A DNA stretch of 64,000 nucleotides from the NCBI GenBank assembly GCA_035651635.1, contig DASRFK010000152.1, forward strand, positions 19,505 to 83,504, in the 5' to 3' direction. The DNA comes from Verrucomicrobiia bacterium (GTDB taxonomy: Bacteria; Verrucomicrobiota; Verrucomicrobiia; Limisphaerales; UBA8199). Shown one piece after another: positions 27,059-36,265 of this stretch. The position numbers and the translations under genes are program-made. The number at the start of each line of letters is the position of its first letter. Position 1 is the first letter of the stretch. Under the pieces are notes generated by a model. That model was not told the origin of the DNA. It worked only from the letters and a program-made list of their open reading frames with translations, and did no database searches.

Positions 27059-29365
27059 ATGAGCAGTTTATTAAGATTAGCAAACACGTCGATTCGAGCT
27101 TTTGCCGTCCTGGCATTTGCGCTAAGTACCAGCGCCCAGCAGAACAAAGAGCCGGTAGACTACGTCAACCCTAATATTGGCGGGATCGGTCAATTGCTGT
27201 CGGCGACCTCTCCCAACGTCATAATGCCATACGGCATGATGCGGATCTCTCCGATTACTACGCCGGGAATCACAGACCGGTATCTGGCCGATAAGATCTA
27301 CGGGTTTCCCGCCGGAGGAATGACCCTGATGCCAATGACCGGGTCTGCGGAGACCGATCCGGCTAAGTCCGCTTCGATGTACGACCATGATCTGGAGACG
27401 GTCACGCCTTACTACTATGCAGCGATCCTGGAGAAATACGACACCAGAGTGGAATACACGGTAAGCGCGCACGCCGCTTATTACCGCCTCACGTTCCCTG
27501 CAGGTGCGGTGGCGCATGTGCGGTTCAGCGTGCCGCAGAGCGGAAAGATCGACCTGACGAACAATACCGCGCTGACCGGAAGCAGCGGAGGCGGCAGGGG
27601 TGGCAGGGGCGGCTACTTCTATGCGGAGTTCTCAAGACCTGTTTCCTCTTTCCGGACCTTGACCAACGTGCCGCTTTCGCGGGGGCGCGGACAAGGGGGA
27701 AGCGGTGGCCTCGGAATCATGGTGGACCCTTCGCCGGACCAGGCCAGACAGGTTGGCATACGCATCGGCATCTCCAGTATCAGCCTGGATCAGGCGTGCC
27801 AGAACCTGCATCGCGAGATCCCGGCATGGGACTTCAATCGGGCGCAGGCTCATGCGCGTACGACCTGGAATCGGGCGTTGGGCAAAATCAGAGTGAAGGG
27901 AGGAACCGAAGACCAGCGCACCATCTTCTACACCTCCCTCTACCGGGTGTTGACGAGTGTTTCCGACGTGACTGAGGACGGCAAGTATTACGGTTCTTTT
28001 GACCAGCAGGTACACGCGGCGGACGGCCACGGTTTTTATCCGATTGGCGCCGGCGCCGCAATGTGGGGCAATTATCGTTCGCTCGAGCCGCTGCACTTGC
28101 TCCTGGATCCGCAGGAACAGGTCGATCTGGTACGTTCTTTCCTGACGCTTTACGAACGAACGGGCCGGATGATGGCCATTAATCGCGGGCTGAGCGGCCA
28201 TCACATAATAGCGGTGGCTCTCGATGCTTACATGAAAGGCTACCGCGATTTCGATGTGGCCAAGGCTTATGAGGCATTCAAGAAGATGCAGATGGAAGAG
28301 ACTTTCCTGCCCTGGCGGGATGTCCCGCAAACTTCGCTGGACCGGGTGTATCTGGAAAAGGGGTTTTTTCCCGCGCTGAAGAAGGGCGAGAAGGAGACGG
28401 TCAAAGAGGTCCATCCATTCGAGCGGCGTCAGGCGGTCGCGGTAACGCTGGAAACCGCTTACGACGACTGGTGCATGGCCGAGTGGGCCAAGGCGCTGAA
28501 CAAGCAGGAAGATTATGAGTATTTCTGGAAGCGGGCGCACAATTATGAGAACGTATTCGACAAGCGGGTTGGTTTCATGGCGCCCAAGTCGGAGGACGGT
28601 AATTGGGTGCTCGACGAGAAGGAGTACAGCCCGATCTGGAGCGGAGGCCAAGGAGGACGGGAATATTACACGGAAATGAACGGATGGATTTATACCTTCC
28701 ACGTCCAACAGGATGTGGCTGGCCTGATCAACTTGATAGGTGGAAGAGACAAGTTTGTGGCCAAGCTGGACACCCTGTTTCAAGACCAATTCGAGGGATT
28801 TAGCGGTGCTCCAGAACCGTTCCGGGGAGGCGGTTCTAAATACTTCTTCCAGGCCCAGTTTCCGGACATGACGGGCTTGATCGGGCAGTATGCGCAGGGC
28901 AACGAGCCGGCCTTTCACATTCCCTACCTGTACAACTATGCCGGTGCGCCTTGGATGACGCAGCGCCGGGTGCGCGACATCATGAAGATCTGGTTCGATG
29001 CCGGGCCGCGGGGCATCAGCGGAGACGAAGACAATGGAGAGGAGTCTTCATGGTACGTGTTCAGTGCCATGGGCTTCTTCACGGTCTGCCCGGGCCGTCC
29101 GGTCTATGACATCGGCAGTCCGATCTTCGAGGAAACAAGGCTCACGCTGGCGGGAGGAAAGGTCTTCACGATAACGGCCCGGAATGTCACGGCGGCCAAC
29201 AAGTATATTCAATCTGCTACGATCAACGGCAAACCGCTCAACAAGCCGTGGTTTGAGCACTCGGATATGGTGAACGGAGGCACGCTGGTTCTCAAGATGG
29301 GGCCGCGCCCGAATACCGCGTGGGGGAGCGCGCCAGGGGCCTCGCCGCCCTCGATGTCACATTGA
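27059..29365 (+). CDS. GH92-family alpha-mannosidase
   Basis: 768 aa with signal peptide. VDYVNPNIGGIG..MPYGMMRISP. GNEPAFHIPYLYNYAGAPWMTQRRVRDIM. GISGDEDNGEESSWYVFSAMGFFTVCPGRPVYDIGSPIF. Confidence 0.85.
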   Translation: MSSLLRLANTSIRAFAVLAFALSTSAQQNKEPVDYVNPNIGGIGQLLSATSPNVIMPYGMMRISPITTPGITDRYLADKIYGFPAGGMTLMPMTGSAETDPAKSASMYDHDLETVTPYYYAAILEKYDTRVEYTVSAHAAYYRLTFPAGAVAHVRFSVPQSGKIDLTNNTALTGSSGGGRGGRGGYFYAEFSRPVSSFRTLTNVPLSRGRGQGGSGGLGIMVDPSPDQARQVGIRIGISSISLDQACQNLHREIPAWDFNRAQAHARTTWNRALGKIRVKGGTEDQRTIFYTSLYRVLTSVSDVTEDGKYYGSFDQQVHAADGHGFYPIGAGAAMWGNYRSLEPLHLLLDPQEQVDLVRSFLTLYERTGRMMAINRGLSGHHIIAVALDAYMKGYRDFDVAKAYEAFKKMQMEETFLPWRDVPQTSLDRVYLEKGFFPALKKGEKETVKEVHPFERRQAVAVTLETAYDDWCMAEWAKALNKQEDYEYFWKRAHNYENVFDKRVGFMAPKSEDGNWVLDEKEYSPIWSGGQGGREYYTEMNGWIYTFHVQQDVAGLINLIGGRDKFVAKLDTLFQDQFEGFSGAPEPFRGGGSKYFFQAQFPDMTGLIGQYAQGNEPAFHIPYLYNYAGAPWMTQRRVRDIMKIWFDAGPRGISGDEDNGEESSWYVFSAMGFFTVCPGRPVYDIGSPIFEETRLTLAGGKVFTITARNVTAANKYIQSATINGKPLNKPWFEHSDMVNGGTLVLKMGPRPNTAWGSAPGASPPSMSH

Positions 29366-29407
29366 GGGGAAATCGCCTTACAACCCGCGGTCCATGACGT
29401 ATCGTGA

Positions 29408-29570
29408 AATTCACGTCATCAGAGAAGCGACTTTTGGGCCGAGACGCTCAATGATTTGCCGCCGATTCCAATGGGCAAAACCGCGCGCGGCAAGTTGCCT
29501 CCCAATGGCGTAGGGCTCTTCTCCAACAACCGGGCTAACATTGAACCGCACTTTTCCCCGCAGTCCTGCC
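29408..29570 (+). pseudogene. relic of a second DUF5703-like gene
   Basis: SEKR..WAETLNDLPPIPMGKTARGKLPPNGVG..NNRANIEPHF parallels SEKRDYWAKTLEDLPPLPMGKTARGKLPPDGVG..HNSENPELY encoded at ~23190..23390. It carries indels and has no start. Confidence 0.6.
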
Positions 29571-29578
29571 GCCATAAT

Positions 29579-29773
29579 CTAACCCTTCTTTCCGGAGACC
29601 GGAGCTTCCGCTAACTTGCCCCCGACTTCGTGAATATAACACCACGTCCAGTGCTCGCCCGGCTCAACCGAACGCATCACAGGATGGCGCGTCTCGTGGA
29701 AGTGCTTGGTCGCGTGGCGCCGTGGTGAGGAATCACAACAGCCGACGTGGCCACAAGTCAGGCATTCGCGCAA
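29579..29773 (-). CDS. UBP-type zinc-finger protein, apparently N-terminally truncated
   Basis: WVHLRECLTCGHVGCCDSSPRRHATKHFHETRHPVMRSVEPGEHWTWCY. An in-frame stop lies only 12 codons upstream of the WVHLR motif. The positions expected for the first Cys pair read TEEF. Confidence 0.55.
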   Translation of the reverse strand: MRECLTCGHVGCCDSSPRRHATKHFHETRHPVMRSVEPGEHWTWCYIHEVGGKLAEAPVSGKKG

Positions 29774-29927
29774 GTGTACCCACTGCGTGCCTACACCGAA
29801 CTCCTCAGTGAATCACCGCGGCGCTTTGCGGCTCGTCTCGGCCACGCACGACCAACAACGGGTTTAGGCCAGCCCCATCACGTGACACCACGTGGGTCAT
29901 TTCTTGGGGTTTGGTCTTCGGTTGCCG

Positions 29928-30551
29928 TTACCGCCCGAGCGCATACGTTGCCTGAGACAGACGCCTTTTCCTCCTCACCCTCCAGTCCCAAACCAAGCAC
30001 AGGCTCATTATTAGAATCACGCCGATGACGACACCCAGCCGGTGTTGGTTAAAATCGGCGCCGACTCGCTTCCATTCTCCTCGCAGACAGTATCCCAAGG
30101 TCAAGAACAACGTAGACCAGACCAGGGCTCCGGAGCCGGCGAAAAGGATGAAAACTGGTAACCTTACCTTGGAAGAACCGGCGATCAGAGCTGTAAGATG
30201 GCGCACGCCCGGCACAAAGTACCCGAGCAACAGTCCGCACTTGCCCACGCGGTGAAACCATTCGGTGGTTCGGTTCAGATGTTGCGGCGTGATTCCAACG
30301 TAGTGACCAAACCGATTTACAAACATTAGCCCAGCGGACCGTCCGATCAGATAGCTGATCAAGATCCCGGTCATGCACCCGAAACCCGCAGCCAGCAACG
30401 TGGGGAGCGGGGCCAACTGGCCGCGAGATACGAGATAACCAGCGAACAAAAGCGTGGTGTCTTCGGGCAAGGGAATTATCACACCGCCCGCTAAAACCAC
30501 GAACAAACCGAGATAGCCATGCGAAGTACCCCATTCAACGAAACCATGCAT
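29928..30551 (-). CDS. DedA-family (VTT domain) membrane protein
   Basis: 207 aa. GYLGLFVVLAGGVIIPLPEDTTLLFAGYL, GRSAG..FVNRFG, FVPGVRHLTALIAGSS. Confidence 0.85.
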   Translation of the reverse strand: MHGFVEWGTSHGYLGLFVVLAGGVIIPLPEDTTLLFAGYLVSRGQLAPLPTLLAAGFGCMTGILISYLIGRSAGLMFVNRFGHYVGITPQHLNRTTEWFHRVGKCGLLLGYFVPGVRHLTALIAGSSKVRLPVFILFAGSGALVWSTLFLTLGYCLRGEWKRVGADFNQHRLGVVIGVILIMSLCLVWDWRVRRKRRLSQATYALGR

Positions 30552-30861
30552 TGGCGCCTTTCTTAGCCACGCAAAGCGCTGACGGTTGCTTGGGCGGGTT
30601 GAACCGCCGCGAGCGCCACACTAAAAGATTTGAGCGGAGGAGGAGAATTGTAACAAGCGAAACCGTGTCAGGACGGAGCCGCGACTCCGTCGACTCAATG
30701 CGCTCGGCCTTTTCCACTCGATGATGGTCGTTCAAGGTCTGAATTAACGGCGTTACCTGTCTGTTTTAATGCGGTTGGGTTTACGGCATGTACCACTTGC
30801 CGTGCCGACACCGGCGGAATATCAGAAAACCCTTGTTTAATGGATCGTTCTTCATGCCTTG

Positions 30862-31383
30862 CTATTTAGTCGCCTGGGAGTGGGCTTCGACAAACCACAA
30901 CCACTTATCAATGCCGCGAGAAATCTCGGTGAACATATCGGCCGTGTCGGCGTCGTCCAGTTCGTCTGCCTCATTGATCGTGTTGCGGGCGTCGTGTCCG
31001 AATGTCGAGAGCGCCCGAGCCACCGCCTCGACGTGAGACGCTCCATCCGCGATGTCGAGAGGATACTCTTCTAAGCGGGAGCGGGAGGCCGCCACTCGTG
31101 CAGTTCCCTCGGCGATCCCACCCAATTGCACGATCCGTTCGGCGATCATATCCACATACGACTCTACAGCCTCGTCAATCTGGTCAAACAATTGGTGAAG
31201 GCCTATGAAGTGAGGGCCCTTCACGTTCCAATGGGCCTGTTTCATTTGCGATTGAAGATCCACAGCGTCGGCCAGCCGTTGATTCATGAGTTTGTTCAGT
31301 TCCGCTCGCTTTGTTTGCGGAATGTCGTTCTCAGTCTCGTACATTTTCGGTGCTTCTTGCACGTCCTTATTCAGTGTTTTCAT
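30862..31383 (-). CDS. dps: Dps (DNA starvation/stationary-phase protection ferritin-like protein)
   Basis: LNKLMNQRLADAVDLQSQMKQAHWNVKGPHFIGLHQLFD..AERIVQLGG. Start at 31383 (MKTLNK) or GTG at 31425. Confidence 0.9.
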   Translation of the reverse strand: MKTLNKDVQEAPKMYETENDIPQTKRAELNKLMNQRLADAVDLQSQMKQAHWNVKGPHFIGLHQLFDQIDEAVESYVDMIAERIVQLGGIAEGTARVAASRSRLEEYPLDIADGASHVEAVARALSTFGHDARNTINEADELDDADTADMFTEISRGIDKWLWFVEAHSQATK

Positions 31384-31564
31384 AATTTTGGTTTCAATTA
31401 TCGATTGGTGATTCGGTCGGTTCACTCCACAAGATGGTGCAGCAATCGCCGTATAAGGTCCCTCGTCGGTTCATCCGTGAGGCTGCTCCCCGGTTGAATC
31501 AGCTCGGCGGCGTGGCCAATCATTACTTCCGGCTGGTTGAGGGCAAAAACATCGTCTGCTCTTC

Positions 31565-32257
31565 CTATCTTTGTGTTTCACTCGCCGCATTGTTCGCGGC
31601 TGTCTGGAGCCGCTTCATCGCCGCGGCCACGCCTTGGCTGTCGCAAAAAATCGAGGTTCCAGCCACCAACACGTTGGCACCAGCTGTCACCACCAGTGGA
31701 GCTGTTTCCGGGTCAATGCCCCCGTCGACCTCCAGGTTACACTCCGGCTTGACCTGATTGATCATCTGGCGCACACGCCGAATCTTGGCAAGGGTCGAAC
31801 GAAGGAAATGCTGGTGCCCGAAGCCCGGATTGACCGTCATGACAAGTACCTGGTCTACGTCTTGCAGGATCTCCTCCAGCACCGAAGCCGGCGTGGCTGG
31901 GTTGATTGCCACCCCGGCACCCTTGCCTGCCGCCTTGATGCGTTGCACGGTGCGGTGCAGGTTGAGGTTGCCTTCCCAATGAATCAGAAATGAATCCGAT
32001 CCCGCCGCGCAGAACTCATCCAGAAACAGATCGGGGTCGGTAATCATCATGTGAGTCTCCAACGGCAGGTTCGTGACCTTCCGCAGTGCTTCGACGACAA
32101 CCGAGCCCATCGAGATGTTCGGCACAAAATGGCCGTCCATCACATCGACATGGATGCGGTCCGCTCCAAAGCGTTCAGCCTCGGTAACCTGCTCCACCAG
32201 GCGGGCGAAATTGGCCGCGAGGATTGAAGGGGCGATTCTGATAGCGCCTTGAGGCAT
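31565..32257 (-). CDS. rpe: ribulose-phosphate 3-epimerase
   Basis: IAPSILAANFARL..IHVDVMDGHFVPNISMG..HMMI.DP..VMTVNPGFGHQ. Confidence 0.95.
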   Translation of the reverse strand: MPQGAIRIAPSILAANFARLVEQVTEAERFGADRIHVDVMDGHFVPNISMGSVVVEALRKVTNLPLETHMMITDPDLFLDEFCAAGSDSFLIHWEGNLNLHRTVQRIKAAGKGAGVAINPATPASVLEEILQDVDQVLVMTVNPGFGHQHFLRSTLAKIRRVRQMINQVKPECNLEVDGGIDPETAPLVVTAGANVLVAGTSIFCDSQGVAAAMKRLQTAANNAASETQR

Positions 32258-32339
32258 GGGTTTCTTAGTTCGGTTTTGATGCGAGGAATGTGGCGACCAA
32301 TCCTTCGAACGTGCTCACAATCCGGTCAGGCGGTTGGTT

Positions 32340-33290
32340 TCACTTCGTGCTCGACTGAATGTTCCCCGCCCACTGTCCTGCGGGCTTCTTAACCGTAGAT
32401 GCCTCAAAGATGCTCTGAATGGCGGCATCCAGCAGGGCGTTGAATTCAGCATCGGATTGTTGGGCCGACAACCCCTCAACCAAAGCCCGTGAAAAGCTCG
32501 CGACAACGCCGTGATTTCGGCGCAGCCGTTCGTTCCCTTCTGCTCGCGAATAACCACCCGACAATGCAACCACTCTCACCACCTTCGGATCTTTGACACA
32601 ATCGGCGTAAAAGTCGTCTTGCTCCGGGAGCGTAAGTTTGAGCAGGACCGATTGCCCGGCTGGCAGTTGGCTGAGTTTCTGAAGTATGGCCGCTTTGAGC
32701 AACTCTTCGGCCTTGGCTTTCTCGGGGCAATGAATATCCACTTCCGGTTCGACTATGGGCACGAGGCCCGCTGCAAGGATTTGAGCAGCTACCTCGAACT
32801 GCTGACTGACAACTTCTTTGATCCCAATGGCGTTGGCCTGGTTAATCACCGAGCGCATCTTGGTGCCGAAAATGTGCTTGCCCTTGGCCTTGGTGAGCAG
32901 CGCCGCAAGCTGAGGTATTGGCTTCATCAAATGCACGCCGTTTTTCTCATCCGCAAGGCCCTTGTCCACTTTCAGGAAAGGGACGACGCGCTTCACGTTC
33001 CACAGATAATCCGCCGTGGGCTGCGCCTCGATTTCCCGGTCCATAGTGTTTTCAAACAGGATCGCCGCAAGAATCCGTTCGCCAGTGAAGCTGGGGCTGG
33101 TAATGATGCGCGAGCGCATCTGATGCACAATCGCAAACATCTCAGCGTCGTTGCTCCACGCCCCTTCCTTGATTCCGTAAGCGGCCAAGGCCTTGGGGGT
33201 GCTGCCGCCGCTTTGGTCCAGCGCGGCTATGAAGCCCGGCTCGGCTTTCATTTTCTGCAGTTGTTGTTCGTTTAAGCCAAGAGTATTCAT
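32340..33290 (-). CDS. fda: class I fructose-bisphosphate aldolase (staphylococcal Fda type)
   Basis: Start [77 protein letters not shown]. The ORF-track start at 33404 looks like an upstream extension. Confidence 0.92.
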   Translation of the reverse strand: MNTLGLNEQQLQKMKAEPGFIAALDQSGGSTPKALAAYGIKEGAWSNDAEMFAIVHQMRSRIITSPSFTGERILAAILFENTMDREIEAQPTADYLWNVKRVVPFLKVDKGLADEKNGVHLMKPIPQLAALLTKAKGKHIFGTKMRSVINQANAIGIKEVVSQQFEVAAQILAAGLVPIVEPEVDIHCPEKAKAEELLKAAILQKLSQLPAGQSVLLKLTLPEQDDFYADCVKDPKVVRVVALSGGYSRAEGNERLRRNHGVVASFSRALVEGLSAQQSDAEFNALLDAAIQSIFEASTVKKPAGQWAGNIQSSTK

Positions 33291-33546
33291 GATGTCTCCT
33301 TCAATTTCCGTTAGCCTCGCTCGCAAATTCAGCATCGGTCGCAATCCCAGGATCGTTAATTGCGAGCGCGGGCCGATTCTTCGCACCCAACACCGTACAG
33401 ACATACCCCTCAGGGGTATAGATTAAAAAAACCGGAAGGCTCATAACCCAACTGGTCCCGAATCTCTCCCTCTTCGAAACGAATCACTGAACTCACGAGT
33501 TGCCAGGTTCTCAAGAGGCGAGTCCGCAATTCTTCCTTAGACATCA

Positions 33547-34335
33547 TCAGAAGCATGCTTGAACCACTCCGCCATCTACCCGGAGGGCGGCACCGTTGGT
33601 CGCGGCGGACAGTGGGCTGCATACGTAAGTCACCAGATTGGCCACCTCTTTGGTCGTCGCAAACCGCCTCAAGAGCGAAGACGGACGAATAGTTTTGAAA
33701 AACTCCGCTTCAAATTCTGCAAAAGGTCTACCACCGCTAAGTTGTCCCGCAAATTCCTCCACACCGGCGGAATGGGTTGGACCCGGCAACACCGCATTCA
33801 CCGTAACTCCTGTGCCGGCACACGATTGGGCAAGGCCGCGCGAAACAGCAAGCTGCGCGGTCTTCGTCATGCCGTAATGGATCATCTCAGTTGGGGTGTT
33901 GATCGCGCTCTCGCTGCTGATGAAAACGATGCGCCCCCAGTTCCGCTCCCTCATGCCGGGCAGATATGCACGGCTCAGGCGCACGCCGCTGAGCACGTTG
34001 ACTTCGAAGAACCGCCGCCAATCTTCATCGGGAATACTCTCAAAGGGCTTTGGCTCGAAAATGCCGAGATTGTTGACCAGAATGTCCAACAGCGGGAACC
34101 GCCGGAGCAGCTCCTCAGTCGCCGCCGCCGTGGAGAGATCCCCCGCGAAGCCTTCGGTCCTGGCATCCGGCACAGTTTGATGAATTTGCTCTTTCGCCTT
34201 AGCAACCGCGCTCTCCAAACGGCCGTTCACGATTACGCGTGCGCCTTCGCGTGCCAGCCCGGTGGCAATGGCAAATCCAATCCCTTTGGTGGAGCCCGAT
34301 ACGAGGGCTGTCTTGTCAGTTAGTTCCAGGTTCAT
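33547..34335 (-). CDS. SDR-family oxidoreductase
   Basis: 262 aa. ALVSGSTKGIGFAIA, NNLGI, YGMTKTAQLAVSR, VTVNAVLPGPT. Confidence 0.88.
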   Translation of the reverse strand: MNLELTDKTALVSGSTKGIGFAIATGLAREGARVIVNGRLESAVAKAKEQIHQTVPDARTEGFAGDLSTAAATEELLRRFPLLDILVNNLGIFEPKPFESIPDEDWRRFFEVNVLSGVRLSRAYLPGMRERNWGRIVFISSESAINTPTEMIHYGMTKTAQLAVSRGLAQSCAGTGVTVNAVLPGPTHSAGVEEFAGQLSGGRPFAEFEAEFFKTIRPSSLLRRFATTKEVANLVTYVCSPLSAATNGAALRVDGGVVQACF

Positions 34336-34539
34336 AGATTAAATGGCAGTGCGGCTACCGACGTCTAACATCCGTGCTTAATTAGTCCGTCGCGCCAATT
34401 CCAGAGGCGCAGTACCAGCCCGGGCGCATGACGATGCTATCTCCTCGGTCAGCGAAAACTCGATCGGAGCGCTCGTAGATTTGGACGTCTAAGCCGGCTT
34501 GAACCAATTCCATCCCGGTCGACAACCGTGACTATTCGG

Positions 34540-35097
34540 TCATCGCGCATTGGGTTGGACGAGCGCGGCGAGCAACGCGTCGAAACTTGGCGCGCCGTCA
34601 TGGCGCACACCATTAATAAAAAATGAGGGGGTTCCGTTGACGCCGCCCCGCGCTCCACTTTGAAAATCCTCACGCACTCGCACCATGTGCGCGCCGCTCA
34701 ATACTTCGCCAATCAAGCGCCGGGCATCCAGACCCAGAGCCTCGGCGTATTGAGCGAGACTTTCGTCATCAAGCGCCACTTGATTCTCGTATAGCATATC
34801 GTGCATCTCCCAGAATTTTCCTTGTGCGCTTGCTGCTTCGGCGGCCTCTGCCGCGTGTTCAGCATGCGGGTGAGAGTTGGCCAAAGGGAAGTTGCGAAAG
34901 GCAAAGCAAAGGCGATCACCCAACTGCTCTTGAATAGCTCTGACGATGGGATAAGCCTGTCCGCAGTAAGGACATTCGTAATCGCCATACTCGACCAGCG
35001 CGATGGGCGCGTCTATTGGCCCTTGAATATGATCGTGCTTGGCTCGTGGGAAAAGCAGTTTTGATTTGGAAACGACGTTGGTGGGATCATTTTTCAT
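34540..35097 (-). CDS. DsbA-family thiol:disulfide oxidoreductase
   Basis: Start MKNDPTNV overlaps the stop of the upstream peroxiredoxin gene. LVEYGDYECPYCGQAYP..GVNGTPSFFINGV. Confidence 0.8.
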   Translation of the reverse strand: MKNDPTNVVSKSKLLFPRAKHDHIQGPIDAPIALVEYGDYECPYCGQAYPIVRAIQEQLGDRLCFAFRNFPLANSHPHAEHAAEAAEAASAQGKFWEMHDMLYENQVALDDESLAQYAEALGLDARRLIGEVLSGAHMVRVREDFQSGARGGVNGTPSFFINGVRHDGAPSFDALLAALVQPNAR

Positions 35098-35611
35098 TTT
35101 GGTCCTTATTAAGTTCTTCCAGTGCTGTGAGAATTCCGTTCGCGCCGGGGTTGATCCCCACGGGAGAAACGTAACTCCAATAGATAACACCCGACTCATT
35201 GATCACGAATAGCGCCCGCTCGGTGGTTCCGTCAGGTTCACGATACACACCATAAAGACGCGCCACCGCGCCCTTCGGTTCGAAGTCGGCGAGCAGCGGG
35301 AAATGCAACTTGCGATCCCGGCTGAAGGCCGTATGACACCAGGCACCGTCAACGGAGATGCCAAGCAGTTCCGCTCCCAACTTCTTGAACTCCGGGAGAA
35401 TTTCATTGTAGAGCCCCATCTGGTCACCGCAAACAGGACTCCAATCGGCCGGGTAAAACGCGAGCACGACCGGTTGTCCACGGAAATCGCTCAATTTGAC
35501 CGCTTGATCCGGCGTGCTCTTCAGGCTGAAATCTGGAGCCACAGCCCCAGCTGGTAGCGCCGCAGATTTGAGGCTTCCCGGCTGTTGTCGTGGTGTGGTT
35601 TCATTATTCAT
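35087..35611 (-). CDS. peroxiredoxin (AhpC/TSA family)
   Basis: APDFSLKSTPDQAVKLSDFRGQPVVLAFYPADWSPVCGDQ. AGGAGG RBS upstream. Confidence 0.85.
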   Translation of the reverse strand: MNNETTPRQQPGSLKSAALPAGAVAPDFSLKSTPDQAVKLSDFRGQPVVLAFYPADWSPVCGDQMGLYNEILPEFKKLGAELLGISVDGAWCHTAFSRDRKLHFPLLADFEPKGAVARLYGVYREPDGTTERALFVINESGVIYWSYVSPVGINPGANGILTALEELNKDQNEK

Positions 35612-35740
35612 AACGGTCCTCCTACTTCAGTTTCATAAATCTTGGGCTGAGGTCTGGCTTTGTTAATCGTGGATTTCATCCCTGTTTAGCTTTTTGCCGG
35701 GTTATTTTGGTTTCGGGCTCTTGTTCGGTTGGATTCGCTT

Positions 35741-36238
35741 TCAGGCTGACCTCAACTCGCTTCCCATTCCGGCATTTCGCGAGGTTGATTGCTCCGCTTT
35801 TGCAAATAACTTGGCATCGAGGGATATTCTGCCGCCACCCATGAACGCGAGCGTCAAGACCACGAGCGTATACAAAATCGCAAGTTGCGGATCGCGGCCT
35901 GCCAGAAGGTTTTGAAGAATGGCGCCACTCAGCGCGCCAAATAGCAATATTGCGTTAATCCGCGTGAACAATCCAATGATGATGAACAAGGAGCAGATGA
36001 ACTGCACCAGCGTTGCCGCAACTGCCGAAGCGAGGGGTGCGGGGAAATGCATTCCAGCAACTTCCTCGGCCAATTTCCACGGTGTTCCGTTCTGGAGATA
36101 GGCAATCCATCCCTCCAATTTGTGCCAGCCGTGAATGTAGAAAATCATCAAGCCCGCCGACACACGAAGCAGAAAATGTCCCCACGTTTCGAGCTTATTG
36201 CCCGGTTCCACGCTAAGCGATTTTCTGAAGAGATCCAT
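35741..36238 (-). CDS. DoxX-family membrane protein
   Basis: 165 aa. FLLRVSAGLMIFYIHGWHKL..FICSLFIIIGLFTR..GGGRISLD. Starts 28 nt downstream of the amidohydrolase stop. Confidence 0.75.
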   Translation of the reverse strand: MDLFRKSLSVEPGNKLETWGHFLLRVSAGLMIFYIHGWHKLEGWIAYLQNGTPWKLAEEVAGMHFPAPLASAVAATLVQFICSLFIIIGLFTRINAILLFGALSGAILQNLLAGRDPQLAILYTLVVLTLAFMGGGRISLDAKLFAKAEQSTSRNAGMGSELRSA

Positions 36239-36265
36239 AATTGGTGCGCGAATGTTTCGCGGTGC

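Noticed and set aside
30553-30571. TGGCGCctttctTAGC, a sigma-54-like string next to the DedA gene start.
   Set aside because: The GG-to-GC spacing is 11 rather than 10. There are no TCGCGA boxes and no plus-strand gene downstream.
36247-36261. Perfect palindrome CGCGAA-tgt-TTCGCG between the amidohydrolase stop and the DoxX start. It shares half-sites with the upstream activator boxes.
   Set aside because: It is only 9 nt from the DoxX start codon, with no downstream -24/-12 element. It could be an mRNA hairpin or chance. Evidence is insufficient for a regulatory call.
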